Assembly: GCA_902602295.1 (NCBI GenBank)
Contig: CACKQM010000003.1
Span: 20,221 to 84,220, forward strand
Direction of reading: 5' to 3'
DNA from: an uncultured Pelagibacteraceae bacterium
Lineage (GTDB): Bacteria > Pseudomonadota > Alphaproteobacteria > Pelagibacterales > Pelagibacteraceae
Length of the DNA: 64,000 nt
Positions 54,741-64,000 of this stretch are shown here, in pieces. The position numbers were made by a program, and so were the translations under genes. The first letter of the stretch is position 1, and each line of letters starts with the position of its first letter. A model generated the notes under the pieces. The model made no database searches. It was not told the DNA's origin and worked only from the letters and a program-made list of their open reading frames with translations.

Positions 54741-55508
54741 TTATAAACTCTTTAAATTATATTTGGCTAATAACTTAGTGAAGAACCCTGAGGATTTTTT
54801 ATCTTTAATCCATTTATTTACGTAATCGTTCCACTTAGTATCACCTTTTGGCACCATCATCGCTAAAAAAGCCGGATTTTTTCCACCATCTGGAACAATT
54901 GCTAATTGAGGATATTTGATAACCAATTTATTTGCTTCTGTTGAACTTGTAATATTACCATCAGCTCTACCTGCTAATACTTCTTGAAAGTCTCTAGCTG
55001 GAGCTTCAATTGAGTTTAATTTTGATTTTGGAAAAAATTCTTTTGCCTTTTCTTCTTGAGAAGTACCAAGAGTAGTTGCTATCGTTACGTTTTCGTTATT
55101 TAGGGAATCCCAAGTAGGGAATTTTTTTAAATTCTTTTTAAGAACTAGTGGAACAGTAGCATACTTGTAATAAGTATCAGTAAATCCTGCTACTTCAGCT
55201 CGTTTTGGAGTTTTTGTTACACTTGTTGAAATATCATACCTTGCTGATGTTATACCAGAGACAATAGTTTTCCATTCTGCTGGTACAAATTCAATCTTTA
55301 CACCCATATCTTTTGCAAGTTGATTCATGACATCAATGTCAAAACCTTTATATTTATTAGTAGCTGGATCCTTAACTGTCATGGGATCCCAATCCCCAGT
55401 AGTGCCAACTTTTAATACACCTGATGATAGTATTTTATCTAAATTTGAGTCTGCGTTAAGTGAGAATGGTAAAAAGGTAAATAATATTAATAATAGTAAT
55501 TTTTTCAT
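54741..55508 (-). CDS. Family 3 solute-binding protein, cyclohexadienyl dehydratase (PheC)-like
   Basis: Signal peptide, [23 protein letters not shown] motifs. Confidence 0.85.
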   Translation of the reverse strand: MKKLLLLILFTFLPFSLNADSNLDKILSSGVLKVGTTGDWDPMTVKDPATNKYKGFDIDVMNQLAKDMGVKIEFVPAEWKTIVSGITSARYDISTSVTKTPKRAEVAGFTDTYYKYATVPLVLKKNLKKFPTWDSLNNENVTIATTLGTSQEEKAKEFFPKSKLNSIEAPARDFQEVLAGRADGNITSSTEANKLVIKYPQLAIVPDGGKNPAFLAMMVPKGDTKWNDYVNKWIKDKKSSGFFTKLLAKYNLKSL

Positions 55509-55546
55509 AATTTATAGAATTATATTATTTTTTTTATTATTGAGAT

Positions 55547-56110
55547 CTATAATCTTGACGCACTATCATTCATCCATGAAAATAAATGATCTGAAAAGGA
55601 TCTTCTCACAAATAAATTTACATCGTTAATGTCCTGATTATGAACAATTATATCAATTTTTGTCAAAATTGTTTGAGTTACAAGGCCTTTTTTGGATTTA
55701 AAATCATTAAAATTAAACGGAGATCCAGTTTCAAATAAATCAAAAATTTTATCACCTTTAAGATTTATTAATACAAATTGGTCTGTGACATCAGTTACAG
55801 CACCCAAATTTGTTTTACAAATATTTTTATTGAGTAATTTTTCTACATCATAATTATTATGATCTGATTTTAAAATTTCATTTGAAAAAATCATCCATTC
55901 ATCTGGGCTTAACCAAAGAGCTGTTAATTGATCACTTCTTGAGGAAGTATTTGCTTCATTTGGCAAAAGTAGATTTAACGATTTTCCAACTGCAGATAAA
56001 AACTGTCTTTTTTTTCCTCTAATAATAAGTTTCATGACAGGTTTTATTTCTCTCATTTGCAAACCTGGATAAGATTTATCATTTTCAATTACATTTGAAT
56101 AATTAAGCAT
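55547..56110 (-). CDS. soxG: Sarcosine oxidase gamma subunit
   Basis: WLSPDEW, DVTD, VRRSF; operon position. Confidence 0.9.
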   Translation of the reverse strand: MLNYSNVIENDKSYPGLQMREIKPVMKLIIRGKKRQFLSAVGKSLNLLLPNEANTSSRSDQLTALWLSPDEWMIFSNEILKSDHNNYDVEKLLNKNICKTNLGAVTDVTDQFVLINLKGDKIFDLFETGSPFNFNDFKSKKGLVTQTILTKIDIIVHNQDINDVNLFVRRSFSDHLFSWMNDSASRL

Positions 56111-59108
56111 TTAATCTTTTGTTCTCCTTGTCTAGGAATACCGGATCTGTAACCGTTACATTGATTTGTTTTTTTTCCATTGGAATTATTAATTTTTGAC
56201 CCATCATATTTTTTCCACCCTTAACTACTCCAAGAGCAATAGATTTTTTTAAATTTGGACTAAAATAACTAGAGGTAACATGACCTAACATTTCTATTGG
56301 TTTTTTATTCATATCTGCAACAATTTGTGCCCCTTCTTCTAATATTTCTTCTGGATTGTCTGTGATAAGACCTACTAATTGTTTCCTATCTTCCCTAATA
56401 GTATCTGATCTATATAAAGATCTTTTACCTATAAAATCAAATTTCTTTTTACTAACTATCCAATCCATTTGTAAATCAATTGGTGTCATAGTTGCATCTG
56501 TGTCTTGACCGGCTATGATAAATCCTTTTTCCGCTCTTAATAAATGCATTGTTTCAGTCCCATAGGGAGTAATATTAAACTCCTTTCCTGCCTCCATACA
56601 ATTTTCCCATACTGATTTAGCGTAATTGGCTTGAATATTGATTTCGTAACTTTGTTCACCAGTAAAACTTATTCTCATAACTCGACATTTCACTTTACCA
56701 ATTTTTGAATTCTTAAATGACATATGAGGAAAATCTTTATCTGATAAATCGATTTCAGGTATTACTTTTTGTATTATCTTTTTACTATTAGGACCACAAA
56801 CACTAATAGTTGCGTAATGGTCAGTTACAGATGTCAAATACACATCTAATTCAGGCCATTCTGTTTGAAGATAATCTTCAAGTTTACCTAAAACTGTAGC
56901 AGCACCACCAGTTGTCGTTGTCATGATATAATGATTTTCGTCTAATCTGGTAGTAACACCGTCGTCATAGACCATGCCATCTTCGTTCAGCATTAAACCA
57001 TATCGACATTTTCCAATCTCAAGTTTTGACCAAGCGTTGGTGTAAACTCTATTTAAAAATTCAGAGGCATCAGTACCTTGAATATCAATTTTACCTAATG
57101 TGGATGCATCTAATATGCCTGCACTATCTCTTGCAGCTTTACTCTCTCTTTGAACAGCTTCGTGCATGTTTTCACCATTCTGTGGATAATACCAAGCTCT
57201 TTTCCATTGTCCCACATTCTCAAATTCAGCTTTGTTTTCAATATGCCATTCGTGAATTGGTGTTTTTCTTATTATATCAAAATATTTACCAACATTTCTT
57301 CCAACGATAGTACCAAATGTAAGAGGAGTGTAGGGTGGTCTAAATGTTGTAGTACCAAGTTCACCCATTTTAGAAGACGCTGTTTCGGAAATTATTCCTA
57401 AGGCATGCATATTACCAAGTTTACCTTGATCTGTACCCATACCTGTTGTTGTATATCTTTTAACATGTTCAATAGACCTAAAACCTTCTCTTAAAGCTAA
57501 TTTAATATCTTTGGCTGTTGCATCGTTTTGAAAATCTACAAATGATTTAGTTTTCCCTACAATTTTATTCGAAGGCAATAACCAAATATTTTTTTTTGAT
57601 TTGTTAAATGCTGAATATATTTCAATATTTTCGTATTCGGTTTTTTTGATATTTAAAAATTCTTTGAGTAATTTGGGCGTATTAATTAATATTTCATCTA
57701 AAGTAAAATCACCATTACAACTTCCGATACTTATCTGATTTGATGGATAAGTATTTGGAATAAAAACTTGATCATCATCTCTAAATTTAAGTTTTCCACC
57801 CGATTGAGTAAATAGATGAACTGCTGGTGTCCAACCTCCTGAAATACCTAAACTATCGCATGAAATATTTTCTTTTGATCCTATAACCTTTTGACCATCT
57901 TTAGATAATTTCATTATAGAGACACTATTTATTCTTTTGTATCCAAATGTATCTACAATTGTGTAACCTTTATAAATCTTAATATTGTTTTTTTCAGTTT
58001 CTTTAATAAGTTTAGAATCAATTTCTTCTCTATTGTCAATTATCGCTTGTACTTTAATCCCTTTTTGAATTAAACTTATTGCAGTTTCATAAACGCTATC
58101 ATTATTGGTAAATAAAATATTTTTCTCTCCACATGCTACACCAAATAAATCTGCATATTTTTTTATAGCAGATGAAAGTAATATCCCTGGGCGATCGTTA
58201 TTGTCAAAAATTAAAGGTCTTTCTATAGACCCTGTGGCTGTAATAACTTTTTTAGCGCGTATTTTAAGTAATCTTTGACGAGTTTTATTTTCTCTTTGTT
58301 CAAGTGGCAAGTGATCAGTTAAATTTTCTCTTGCTAATAAAAAATTATAACCATGAAAAGCAGCAACACTTGTTCTGGTTTTAATTTCTAAATTTTCAAT
58401 TTTTTTAACTTCATTGATTTCCTTTTCTAACCATGAAGCTGAATTTTGATTGTTAATTTTAAAAAATTCTGAGTCTTGATAAATTGTAGAACCACCTAAA
58501 TATGATTTTTCCTCAACCAATAGTGTTTTAAAACCACTTTTTGCTGCGGTTTTTGCTGCGATAAGTCCTGAAATACCTGCACCAATAACTAATACATCGC
58601 AATGAATGTATTTGTGTTCATATATGTCAGGGTCTGGAACAACAGGTGATTTTCCTAAACCAGCAGATTTTCTAATAAAATATTCATATTTCCCCCAAAA
58701 ACTTGCTGGCCACATAAAAGTCTTGTAGTAAAAACCTGCGGGTAATAATGGACTTAAAAAATTGTTTATACCTCCAATATCAAACTTTACACTAGGCCAA
58801 CAATTTTGACTTGTAGCAACAAGACCCTCATATATTTCTATTTCAGTAGCTCGTACATTTGGTTCTGTTCTTGAAGTTCCATTATGAAGTTGAACAATGG
58901 CGTTTGGTTCCTCTGACCCAGCAGTCATAATTCCTCTAGGTCTATGGTATTTAAAACTTCTACCAACTAGGTGGATGTTATTAGCCAATAGGGCAGAAGC
59001 AAGTGTATCACCTTTAAATCCATAATAAGTTGTACCATTAAATTTAAATGAAATTCGATATGTTTCATCAACTAATTTACTACTTTTAACTCTTAAATTT
59101 TTTGTCAT
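56103..59108 (-). CDS. soxA: Sarcosine oxidase alpha subunit
   Basis: GDTLASAL, RSFKYHRPRG, GAGISG, KRYTTTGMGTDQG, GcvT-like C-terminus. Confidence 0.97.
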   Translation of the reverse strand: MTKNLRVKSSKLVDETYRISFKFNGTTYYGFKGDTLASALLANNIHLVGRSFKYHRPRGIMTAGSEEPNAIVQLHNGTSRTEPNVRATEIEIYEGLVATSQNCWPSVKFDIGGINNFLSPLLPAGFYYKTFMWPASFWGKYEYFIRKSAGLGKSPVVPDPDIYEHKYIHCDVLVIGAGISGLIAAKTAAKSGFKTLLVEEKSYLGGSTIYQDSEFFKINNQNSASWLEKEINEVKKIENLEIKTRTSVAAFHGYNFLLARENLTDHLPLEQRENKTRQRLLKIRAKKVITATGSIERPLIFDNNDRPGILLSSAIKKYADLFGVACGEKNILFTNNDSVYETAISLIQKGIKVQAIIDNREEIDSKLIKETEKNNIKIYKGYTIVDTFGYKRINSVSIMKLSKDGQKVIGSKENISCDSLGISGGWTPAVHLFTQSGGKLKFRDDDQVFIPNTYPSNQISIGSCNGDFTLDEILINTPKLLKEFLNIKKTEYENIEIYSAFNKSKKNIWLLPSNKIVGKTKSFVDFQNDATAKDIKLALREGFRSIEHVKRYTTTGMGTDQGKLGNMHALGIISETASSKMGELGTTTFRPPYTPLTFGTIVGRNVGKYFDIIRKTPIHEWHIENKAEFENVGQWKRAWYYPQNGENMHEAVQRESKAARDSAGILDASTLGKIDIQGTDASEFLNRVYTNAWSKLEIGKCRYGLMLNEDGMVYDDGVTTRLDENHYIMTTTTGGAATVLGKLEDYLQTEWPELDVYLTSVTDHYATISVCGPNSKKIIQKVIPEIDLSDKDFPHMSFKNSKIGKVKCRVMRISFTGEQSYEINIQANYAKSVWENCMEAGKEFNITPYGTETMHLLRAEKGFIIAGQDTDATMTPIDLQMDWIVSKKKFDFIGKRSLYRSDTIREDRKQLVGLITDNPEEILEEGAQIVADMNKKPIEMLGHVTSSYFSPNLKKSIALGVVKGGKNMMGQKLIIPMEKKQINVTVTDPVFLDKENKRLNA

Positions 59109-59111
59109 TGA

Positions 59112-59387
59112 TTATTTAACTGGTGGTTTTTCACCCATTTTGTAAACGGCTTTAATTTCATCATTTGATGTATCCCTCACCATGTTAAACCATTTTCTAC
59201 AACCATGAATGTGGTTCCATCTTTCGAATTGAATACCTTTAATATTTTTTCTCATAAATAAATATTCTGCCCATTGATCGTCACTTAATTCAGCTGGTTG
59301 TTTAGGCCTAACAATATGAGCTTCTCCACCAGCTTTAAATTCACTTTGTTCTCGTTCACCACAAAAAGGACAATTAATTAAAAACAT
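59112..59387 (-). CDS. soxD: Sarcosine oxidase delta subunit
   Basis: CPFCG.R, EF..GGEAH, W.H..GC. Confidence 0.96.
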   Translation of the reverse strand: MFLINCPFCGEREQSEFKAGGEAHIVRPKQPAELSDDQWAEYLFMRKNIKGIQFERWNHIHGCRKWFNMVRDTSNDEIKAVYKMGEKPPVK

Positions 59388-60640
59388 TAGTGTGCTACAG
59401 CTGCTGCACCATGTTCGTCCACAAGGTCACCACTTACAAATCTATTCAAATTAAATGCAGCATTAAGTTTGTGCGGTTCATCGTTGGCTATTGTATGCGC
59501 AAACAAATCTCCAGAGCCAGGTGTAGCTTTAAATCCTCCCGTTCCCCAACCACAATTAAAATATAAACCTTTGATTGATGTTTTACTTATAATTGGGCTT
59601 GCATCTGGACAAATATCTACAATTCCACCCCATTGTCTTAACATTCTCATACGACTAAAGATAGGGTATAACTCTAAAATTGCATTTAATGTCCCCTCAA
59701 CAATATCATGACTTCCTTTTTGTGAGTACGATACGTAATCATCAGTTCCTGCCCCGATTACTAATTCACCTTTATCTGATTGACTAACATATGCATGAAC
59801 AGCATTTGACATAACAACTGTATCTATGATTGGTTTCACAGGCTCTGAAACTAAAGCTTGGAGCGGTTTACTCTCTAATGGCAACCTTAATCCAGCCATA
59901 TTAGCTATCACACTAGAGTGACCTGCAGCTACTACACCAATTTTATTTGTTTTAATAAATCCTTTTGTAGTTTCAATACCTTCAACTGCATCGCCATTTC
60001 TCTTAATACCTTTAACCTCACAATTCTGAATTATATCCACACCCATTTCATCTGCACCACGTGCATATCCCCATGCAACTGCATCATGTCTTGCGGTTCC
60101 AGCTCTTTTTTGTAAAGTTCCACCTAATACAGGGTATCTTATATCTGGAGATGTATTTATTATTGGACAAAATTTTTTAACTTCTTCAGTATTTAAATAT
60201 ACCGCATCAATACCATTAAGTCTGTTAGCATGGGTTCTTCTTTTTAAATCTCTTACATCTTGAAGATTATGAGCAAGATTCATTACTCCTCTTTGACTAA
60301 ACATTACATTGTAGTTTAATTCTTGAGAAAGTCCTTCCCATATTTTTAGAGCGTGATCATAAAGACCAGCACTTGCGTCCCATAAATAATTAGATCTTAT
60401 AATTGTAGTGTTTCTTCCTGTATTCCCACCACCAATCCAACCTTTTTCAACAACAGCAATATTTTTCATATTATGTTTTTTTGCAAGATAGTAAGCTGTT
60501 GCTAAACCATGGCCACCACCACCAATAATTACCACATCATATTCTTTTTTTGGCTCAGGGTCTTTCCATGCTTTTTCCCAATTTTCATGATAAGAAAAAG
60601 CATTTTTAATAAGCGAAAATATTGAATACTTATTTTTCAT
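59387..60640 (-). CDS. soxB: Sarcosine oxidase beta subunit
   Basis: [34 protein letters not shown]. Confidence 0.97.
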   Translation of the reverse strand: MKNKYSIFSLIKNAFSYHENWEKAWKDPEPKKEYDVVIIGGGGHGLATAYYLAKKHNMKNIAVVEKGWIGGGNTGRNTTIIRSNYLWDASAGLYDHALKIWEGLSQELNYNVMFSQRGVMNLAHNLQDVRDLKRRTHANRLNGIDAVYLNTEEVKKFCPIINTSPDIRYPVLGGTLQKRAGTARHDAVAWGYARGADEMGVDIIQNCEVKGIKRNGDAVEGIETTKGFIKTNKIGVVAAGHSSVIANMAGLRLPLESKPLQALVSEPVKPIIDTVVMSNAVHAYVSQSDKGELVIGAGTDDYVSYSQKGSHDIVEGTLNAILELYPIFSRMRMLRQWGGIVDICPDASPIISKTSIKGLYFNCGWGTGGFKATPGSGDLFAHTIANDEPHKLNAAFNLNRFVSGDLVDEHGAAAVAH

Positions 60641-60704
60641 AATTAATGAATAATTACTTTATTAATGTTGATTATTCAATACAATCAAAGGCGACAAATT
60701 TCTT

Positions 60705-60796
60705 GGAAGAGTGGGTGAGAGGCTTAAACCAGTCGTTTGCTAAATGACCGTGCGAGGAAACTTGTACCGAGGGTTCGAATCCCTCCTCTTCCGCCA
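60705..60796 (+). tRNA. tRNA-Ser(GCT)
   Basis: GGAAGAG/CTCTTCC acceptor stem, gtcgt-ttGCTaa-atgac, long variable arm, CCA. Confidence 0.96.
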
Positions 60797-60799
60797 TTA

Positions 60800-63010
60800 T
60801 TAAAACAAGGGATTATTCTTAAAGAAATCTTTCATTGCAATTGGCTGTTGTTCAAGCACGTATCTATAAACATTGTAGTTTTCCAATACTCTTTGGACAT
60901 AATTTCTAGTTTCTTTAAATTTAATTAATTCAATCCAGTCGATATAATCAATTTGATTTTTTTGAGGATTTTTGTTTATTTTTTTCCAATATCGAACTCT
61001 TTTTGGTCCAGCATTGTAAGCAGCCACTGCAAATGGATAAGCACCGTCATATTCAAGAATTAATCCTGCTATATAATGTGACCCTAGGTTAATATTATAT
61101 TCTGCATCAGTAGTTAACCTAGATTTTGAATAAGGAAGTTTTGCCTGCTTAGCAACTAGTTTAGCAGTGTAAGGCATTAATTGCATTAAACCTTTTGCAC
61201 CAGCATGACTATTGGCACTTAAATCAAACTCACTCTCTTGTCTTATGATTGAAAGAATGAAAGCATTATCTGGAATTTTTCTTCCATTAATATATTTGGG
61301 TGTGCTTATGATTGGGTAATTATATTTGTTGTGAAATCTTTTTTCATAGGATGCTATTTTAGAAATTTGAATAGCAAAATCAAATCGTTCTATATTTGTT
61401 GCAAGTTCAGCTGCTAAAACCTCACTACCACTACCAACATCATCATTAGCCAAATGTCTTAGTATATGCTTAGCATATTTATCTTCATCTAATTCATCAA
61501 GTAAATATATCAATTTGACTAAATCTTTTTTGAAAAAATAATCACGATATTCTTTTTTAATAATCATATCTTTTGAAAGCTCAAATTTTTCATTTGGACT
61601 AATTTCCATAAATGCCAATTGACCGTAATAAGTGGTCAAATAATTTGTTGCTTCTTTAAACCATTTATAAGATAGATCTTTATCACCAAGTTTTTTATAA
61701 GTTTTACCTAACCAATATGCACCTCTAGCTGTACTAATAGGGTATCCAACATTATTATAAAAATTTTCAAAATGTTCTTTGGCTAATACTGGATCATCTA
61801 GAAAACTTAATGCAATCCAACCACTCATCCACTCAGCAGCAGCAAATTCAGGTCCATCATTCATTCCATGGTTACTGGCAATTTTATAAGCTAATTCATA
61901 TTTTTTTTTATATATTAATGATCTGGAAATTATTTCTCTTTCTATCCACCATTTATCCGGACGAACTAAGTAATCTTTTGTGTTTTTTATCTTTAGAAGA
62001 ATTTCAACAGAACTATCAACTCTTCCTCTTTTTCTTCTCCATTTTAATCTATCGTAATTTAAACCAGCATCATTTTTAAGATTAGATGGAACTTTAGAAA
62101 TAGCATTATCGACACCATACGATTTACTCATCAATAGTTGTCTCGCTGTATATAATAGTTCATAATCTTTAGGTAAATATCTTAATAGTCGTTTTAAGTC
62201 CCAGTACTTATTATTCCAAGCAAGATATTCTGCTCGTTTAATATAATCGTCTGCATCAAGATATTTCTTAAATTTTTTACGATAAAATCTTAAATCTGTT
62301 TTAGACAATTCAGCTGATATCCAGCCTTCTTTAATGAATCTTATTCCTTTTTCCTTATTACCATTAAGAATAAAACTTTCACCCAATATCATTTTACCAA
62401 AACCACTTAAAGGTTCCGCAGGACCAAACCATTCTATAATTTTTCGTGGACTAACTTTTTCTGTAGAAAGTTTATGCTCTGCTAAATATTTTATTCTTCC
62501 AATTCTAGGATAATCTTCATTTGAATCTATAAATGTTTTATAATCATAATAAGAAGCTTGATTTCCCTTTGTAAGTAAATGCCTCCATTGAATAAAGTCA
62601 TATATAGATTTATCTTTAGCTCTTTTGGCAGTTTTAATTGCAGCTGTCCAACTAGCTTTTTTCATTTCGGAAATTGCTTTTTTTGCTAATGCAAAATCTT
62701 TTTTACGATAATATTTTGATATCTTTATTTCTGTTGTTTTTTTTGTTCCAGCGATTAATGGTTTTTTTTTGGGAAGTATCAGTCCACTTATCTTCTTTTC
62801 TGGCTTAGATTCAATTTTTTTTTCTATCTCTTTTGTTACTATTTTTGGTATTGGTTTGGGTAAGGGTTTTAGTACATCTATTAATAATTTTTTTTGTGTT
62901 AGCTCATCAGATTGGATAGGTTTTTTTAATGGGATTATGTCAGATTGAGCTATAGTTTGTAGACCGAATAAATTAATCAATACTATCCAAAATAAGATTT
63001 TTTTAATCAT
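60800..63010 (-). CDS. slt: Soluble lytic murein transglycosylase (Slt70-like)
   Basis: Signal peptide, helical superhelix, IRQESEF, GLMQLMP, AYNAGP, ETRNYV. Confidence 0.92.
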   Translation of the reverse strand: MIKKILFWIVLINLFGLQTIAQSDIIPLKKPIQSDELTQKKLLIDVLKPLPKPIPKIVTKEIEKKIESKPEKKISGLILPKKKPLIAGTKKTTEIKISKYYRKKDFALAKKAISEMKKASWTAAIKTAKRAKDKSIYDFIQWRHLLTKGNQASYYDYKTFIDSNEDYPRIGRIKYLAEHKLSTEKVSPRKIIEWFGPAEPLSGFGKMILGESFILNGNKEKGIRFIKEGWISAELSKTDLRFYRKKFKKYLDADDYIKRAEYLAWNNKYWDLKRLLRYLPKDYELLYTARQLLMSKSYGVDNAISKVPSNLKNDAGLNYDRLKWRRKRGRVDSSVEILLKIKNTKDYLVRPDKWWIEREIISRSLIYKKKYELAYKIASNHGMNDGPEFAAAEWMSGWIALSFLDDPVLAKEHFENFYNNVGYPISTARGAYWLGKTYKKLGDKDLSYKWFKEATNYLTTYYGQLAFMEISPNEKFELSKDMIIKKEYRDYFFKKDLVKLIYLLDELDEDKYAKHILRHLANDDVGSGSEVLAAELATNIERFDFAIQISKIASYEKRFHNKYNYPIISTPKYINGRKIPDNAFILSIIRQESEFDLSANSHAGAKGLMQLMPYTAKLVAKQAKLPYSKSRLTTDAEYNINLGSHYIAGLILEYDGAYPFAVAAYNAGPKRVRYWKKINKNPQKNQIDYIDWIELIKFKETRNYVQRVLENYNVYRYVLEQQPIAMKDFFKNNPLF

Positions 63011-63053
63011 AATCTTTTACTATATGAATCTACAATGTATGTTATAAGTATTT

Positions 63054-63935
63054 ATGTTTAAAGGATCAAATGTTGCTTTAGTCACCCCGTTTAAAAATGA
63101 TAAACTTGATGATGAGACATATATTAATTTAATTCATTTTCATATCCAAAATGGGACAAATGGATTAGTTCCAGCAGGAACAACTGGTGAGTCACCAACT
63201 TTAAGTCATGATGAACATGAAAGAGTGATTGAGTTATGTGTAAAAGAAAGTAATGGAAAATTACCAGTTTTTGCAGGTACAGGATCGAACTCTACAGAGG
63301 AGGCTATTTCACTTACAACTCATGCAGAAAAAATTGGAGCCACAGGCGCTCTTATTGTAACACCTTATTATAACAAGCCAACACAAGAAGGCTTATACCA
63401 ACATTATAAAGCAATAAATGACAAATGTGGAATACCTATAATAATTTATAATATTCCTGGGAGATCGGTTATTGATATGTCAGTTGATACGATGGCTAGA
63501 TTATTTGAATTGAAAAATATTATTGGTGTTAAGGATGCAACTGGAGACCTAAATAGGGTTGAACAAACTTTAAAAAAGATGGGAAATGAATTCATTCAAT
63601 TAACTGGTAATGACGATAATGCTTTAGAATTTAATAAAAGAGGTGGAGTGGGAGCTATAAGTGTTACTGCAAATATTGCTCCAAAACTTTGTTCTGATTT
63701 TCAAAAATTTTCAAAATCTGAAAATAACGATGAAATTAAAGAGGCTGAAAAAATTGATAAAATATTACAACCTCTTCATCATGCAATGTTTGTCGAAAGT
63801 AATCCAAGTCCAGTAAAATACGCAGCAAAATTATTAAATCTTTGTGATGATAATGTAAGACTACCTCTTGTAAAAGTGACAGCTGAAACTAAGGATATCG
63901 TTAAAAAAGCACTTCATTCTGCAAAACTAGTTTAA
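63054..63935 (+). CDS. dapA: 4-hydroxy-tetrahydrodipicolinate synthase
   Basis: ALVTPF, GTTGES, PYYNKP, YNIPGR, GVKDATG. Confidence 0.97.
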   Translation: MFKGSNVALVTPFKNDKLDDETYINLIHFHIQNGTNGLVPAGTTGESPTLSHDEHERVIELCVKESNGKLPVFAGTGSNSTEEAISLTTHAEKIGATGALIVTPYYNKPTQEGLYQHYKAINDKCGIPIIIYNIPGRSVIDMSVDTMARLFELKNIIGVKDATGDLNRVEQTLKKMGNEFIQLTGNDDNALEFNKRGGVGAISVTANIAPKLCSDFQKFSKSENNDEIKEAEKIDKILQPLHHAMFVESNPSPVKYAAKLLNLCDDNVRLPLVKVTAETKDIVKKALHSAKLV

Positions 63936-64000
63936 TGAAAAAAAAAACCAATAGTGGTTTAAAAATAATTTGTCTTAATAAAAAAGCTAGTTTCAATTAT
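63935..64000 (+). CDS. smpB: SsrA-binding protein SmpB, 5' fragment (runs off the window)
   Basis: TAATG overlap with dapA; MKKKTNSGLKIICLNKKASFNY matches the SmpB N-terminal NKKA.F.Y pattern; dapA-smpB synteny. Confidence 0.8.
   Translation, partial: MKKKTNSGLKIICLNKKASFNY

Noticed and set aside
60641-60704. Riboswitch or operator upstream of soxB (GGCGAC motif)
   Set aside because: The spacer is too short for a glycine riboswitch, and a single half-site is not enough evidence
60737-60928. 63-aa plus-strand ORF
   Set aside because: Overlaps tRNA-Ser and the antisense strand of slt; no coding features

Overview
Very AT-rich, extremely compact alphaproteobacterial chromosome segment, most consistent with a SAR11/Pelagibacterales genome (inferred from gene order, tiny spacers and protein style; not confirmed by a search). 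About 4.2 kb at the left looks accessory: the end of a carbohydrate ABC permease, a beta-propeller/autotransporter-like outer-membrane protein, a secreted SxxK serine hydrolase, and a repeat-containing spacer that abuts tRNA-Leu. The rest is core genome: nadK, rlmB, six tRNAs, an uninterrupted ~28.6 kb tuf-secE-nusG-rplKAJL-rpoBC-str-S10-spc-alpha supercluster (no rpmD, no tuf after fusA), rluC-like, lipB, mgtE, panC, galU-ugd, ridA-like, topA-plsY-pyrC'-pyrB-yqgF, gatCAB-OMT-trhO-MATE-nuclease, an ATPase-less amino-acid ABC pair, soxBDAG, slt, dapA and the start of smpB. I found no integrase, transposase, CRISPR array or rRNA. The best leads are a coupled O-methyltransferase/TrhO pair (candidate tRNA mo5U34 pathway), an ABC permease carrying a lipobox, an autotransporter barrel with extra strands, att-arm-like repeats 5' of tRNA-Leu, and a possibly modular signal-peptide cassette.
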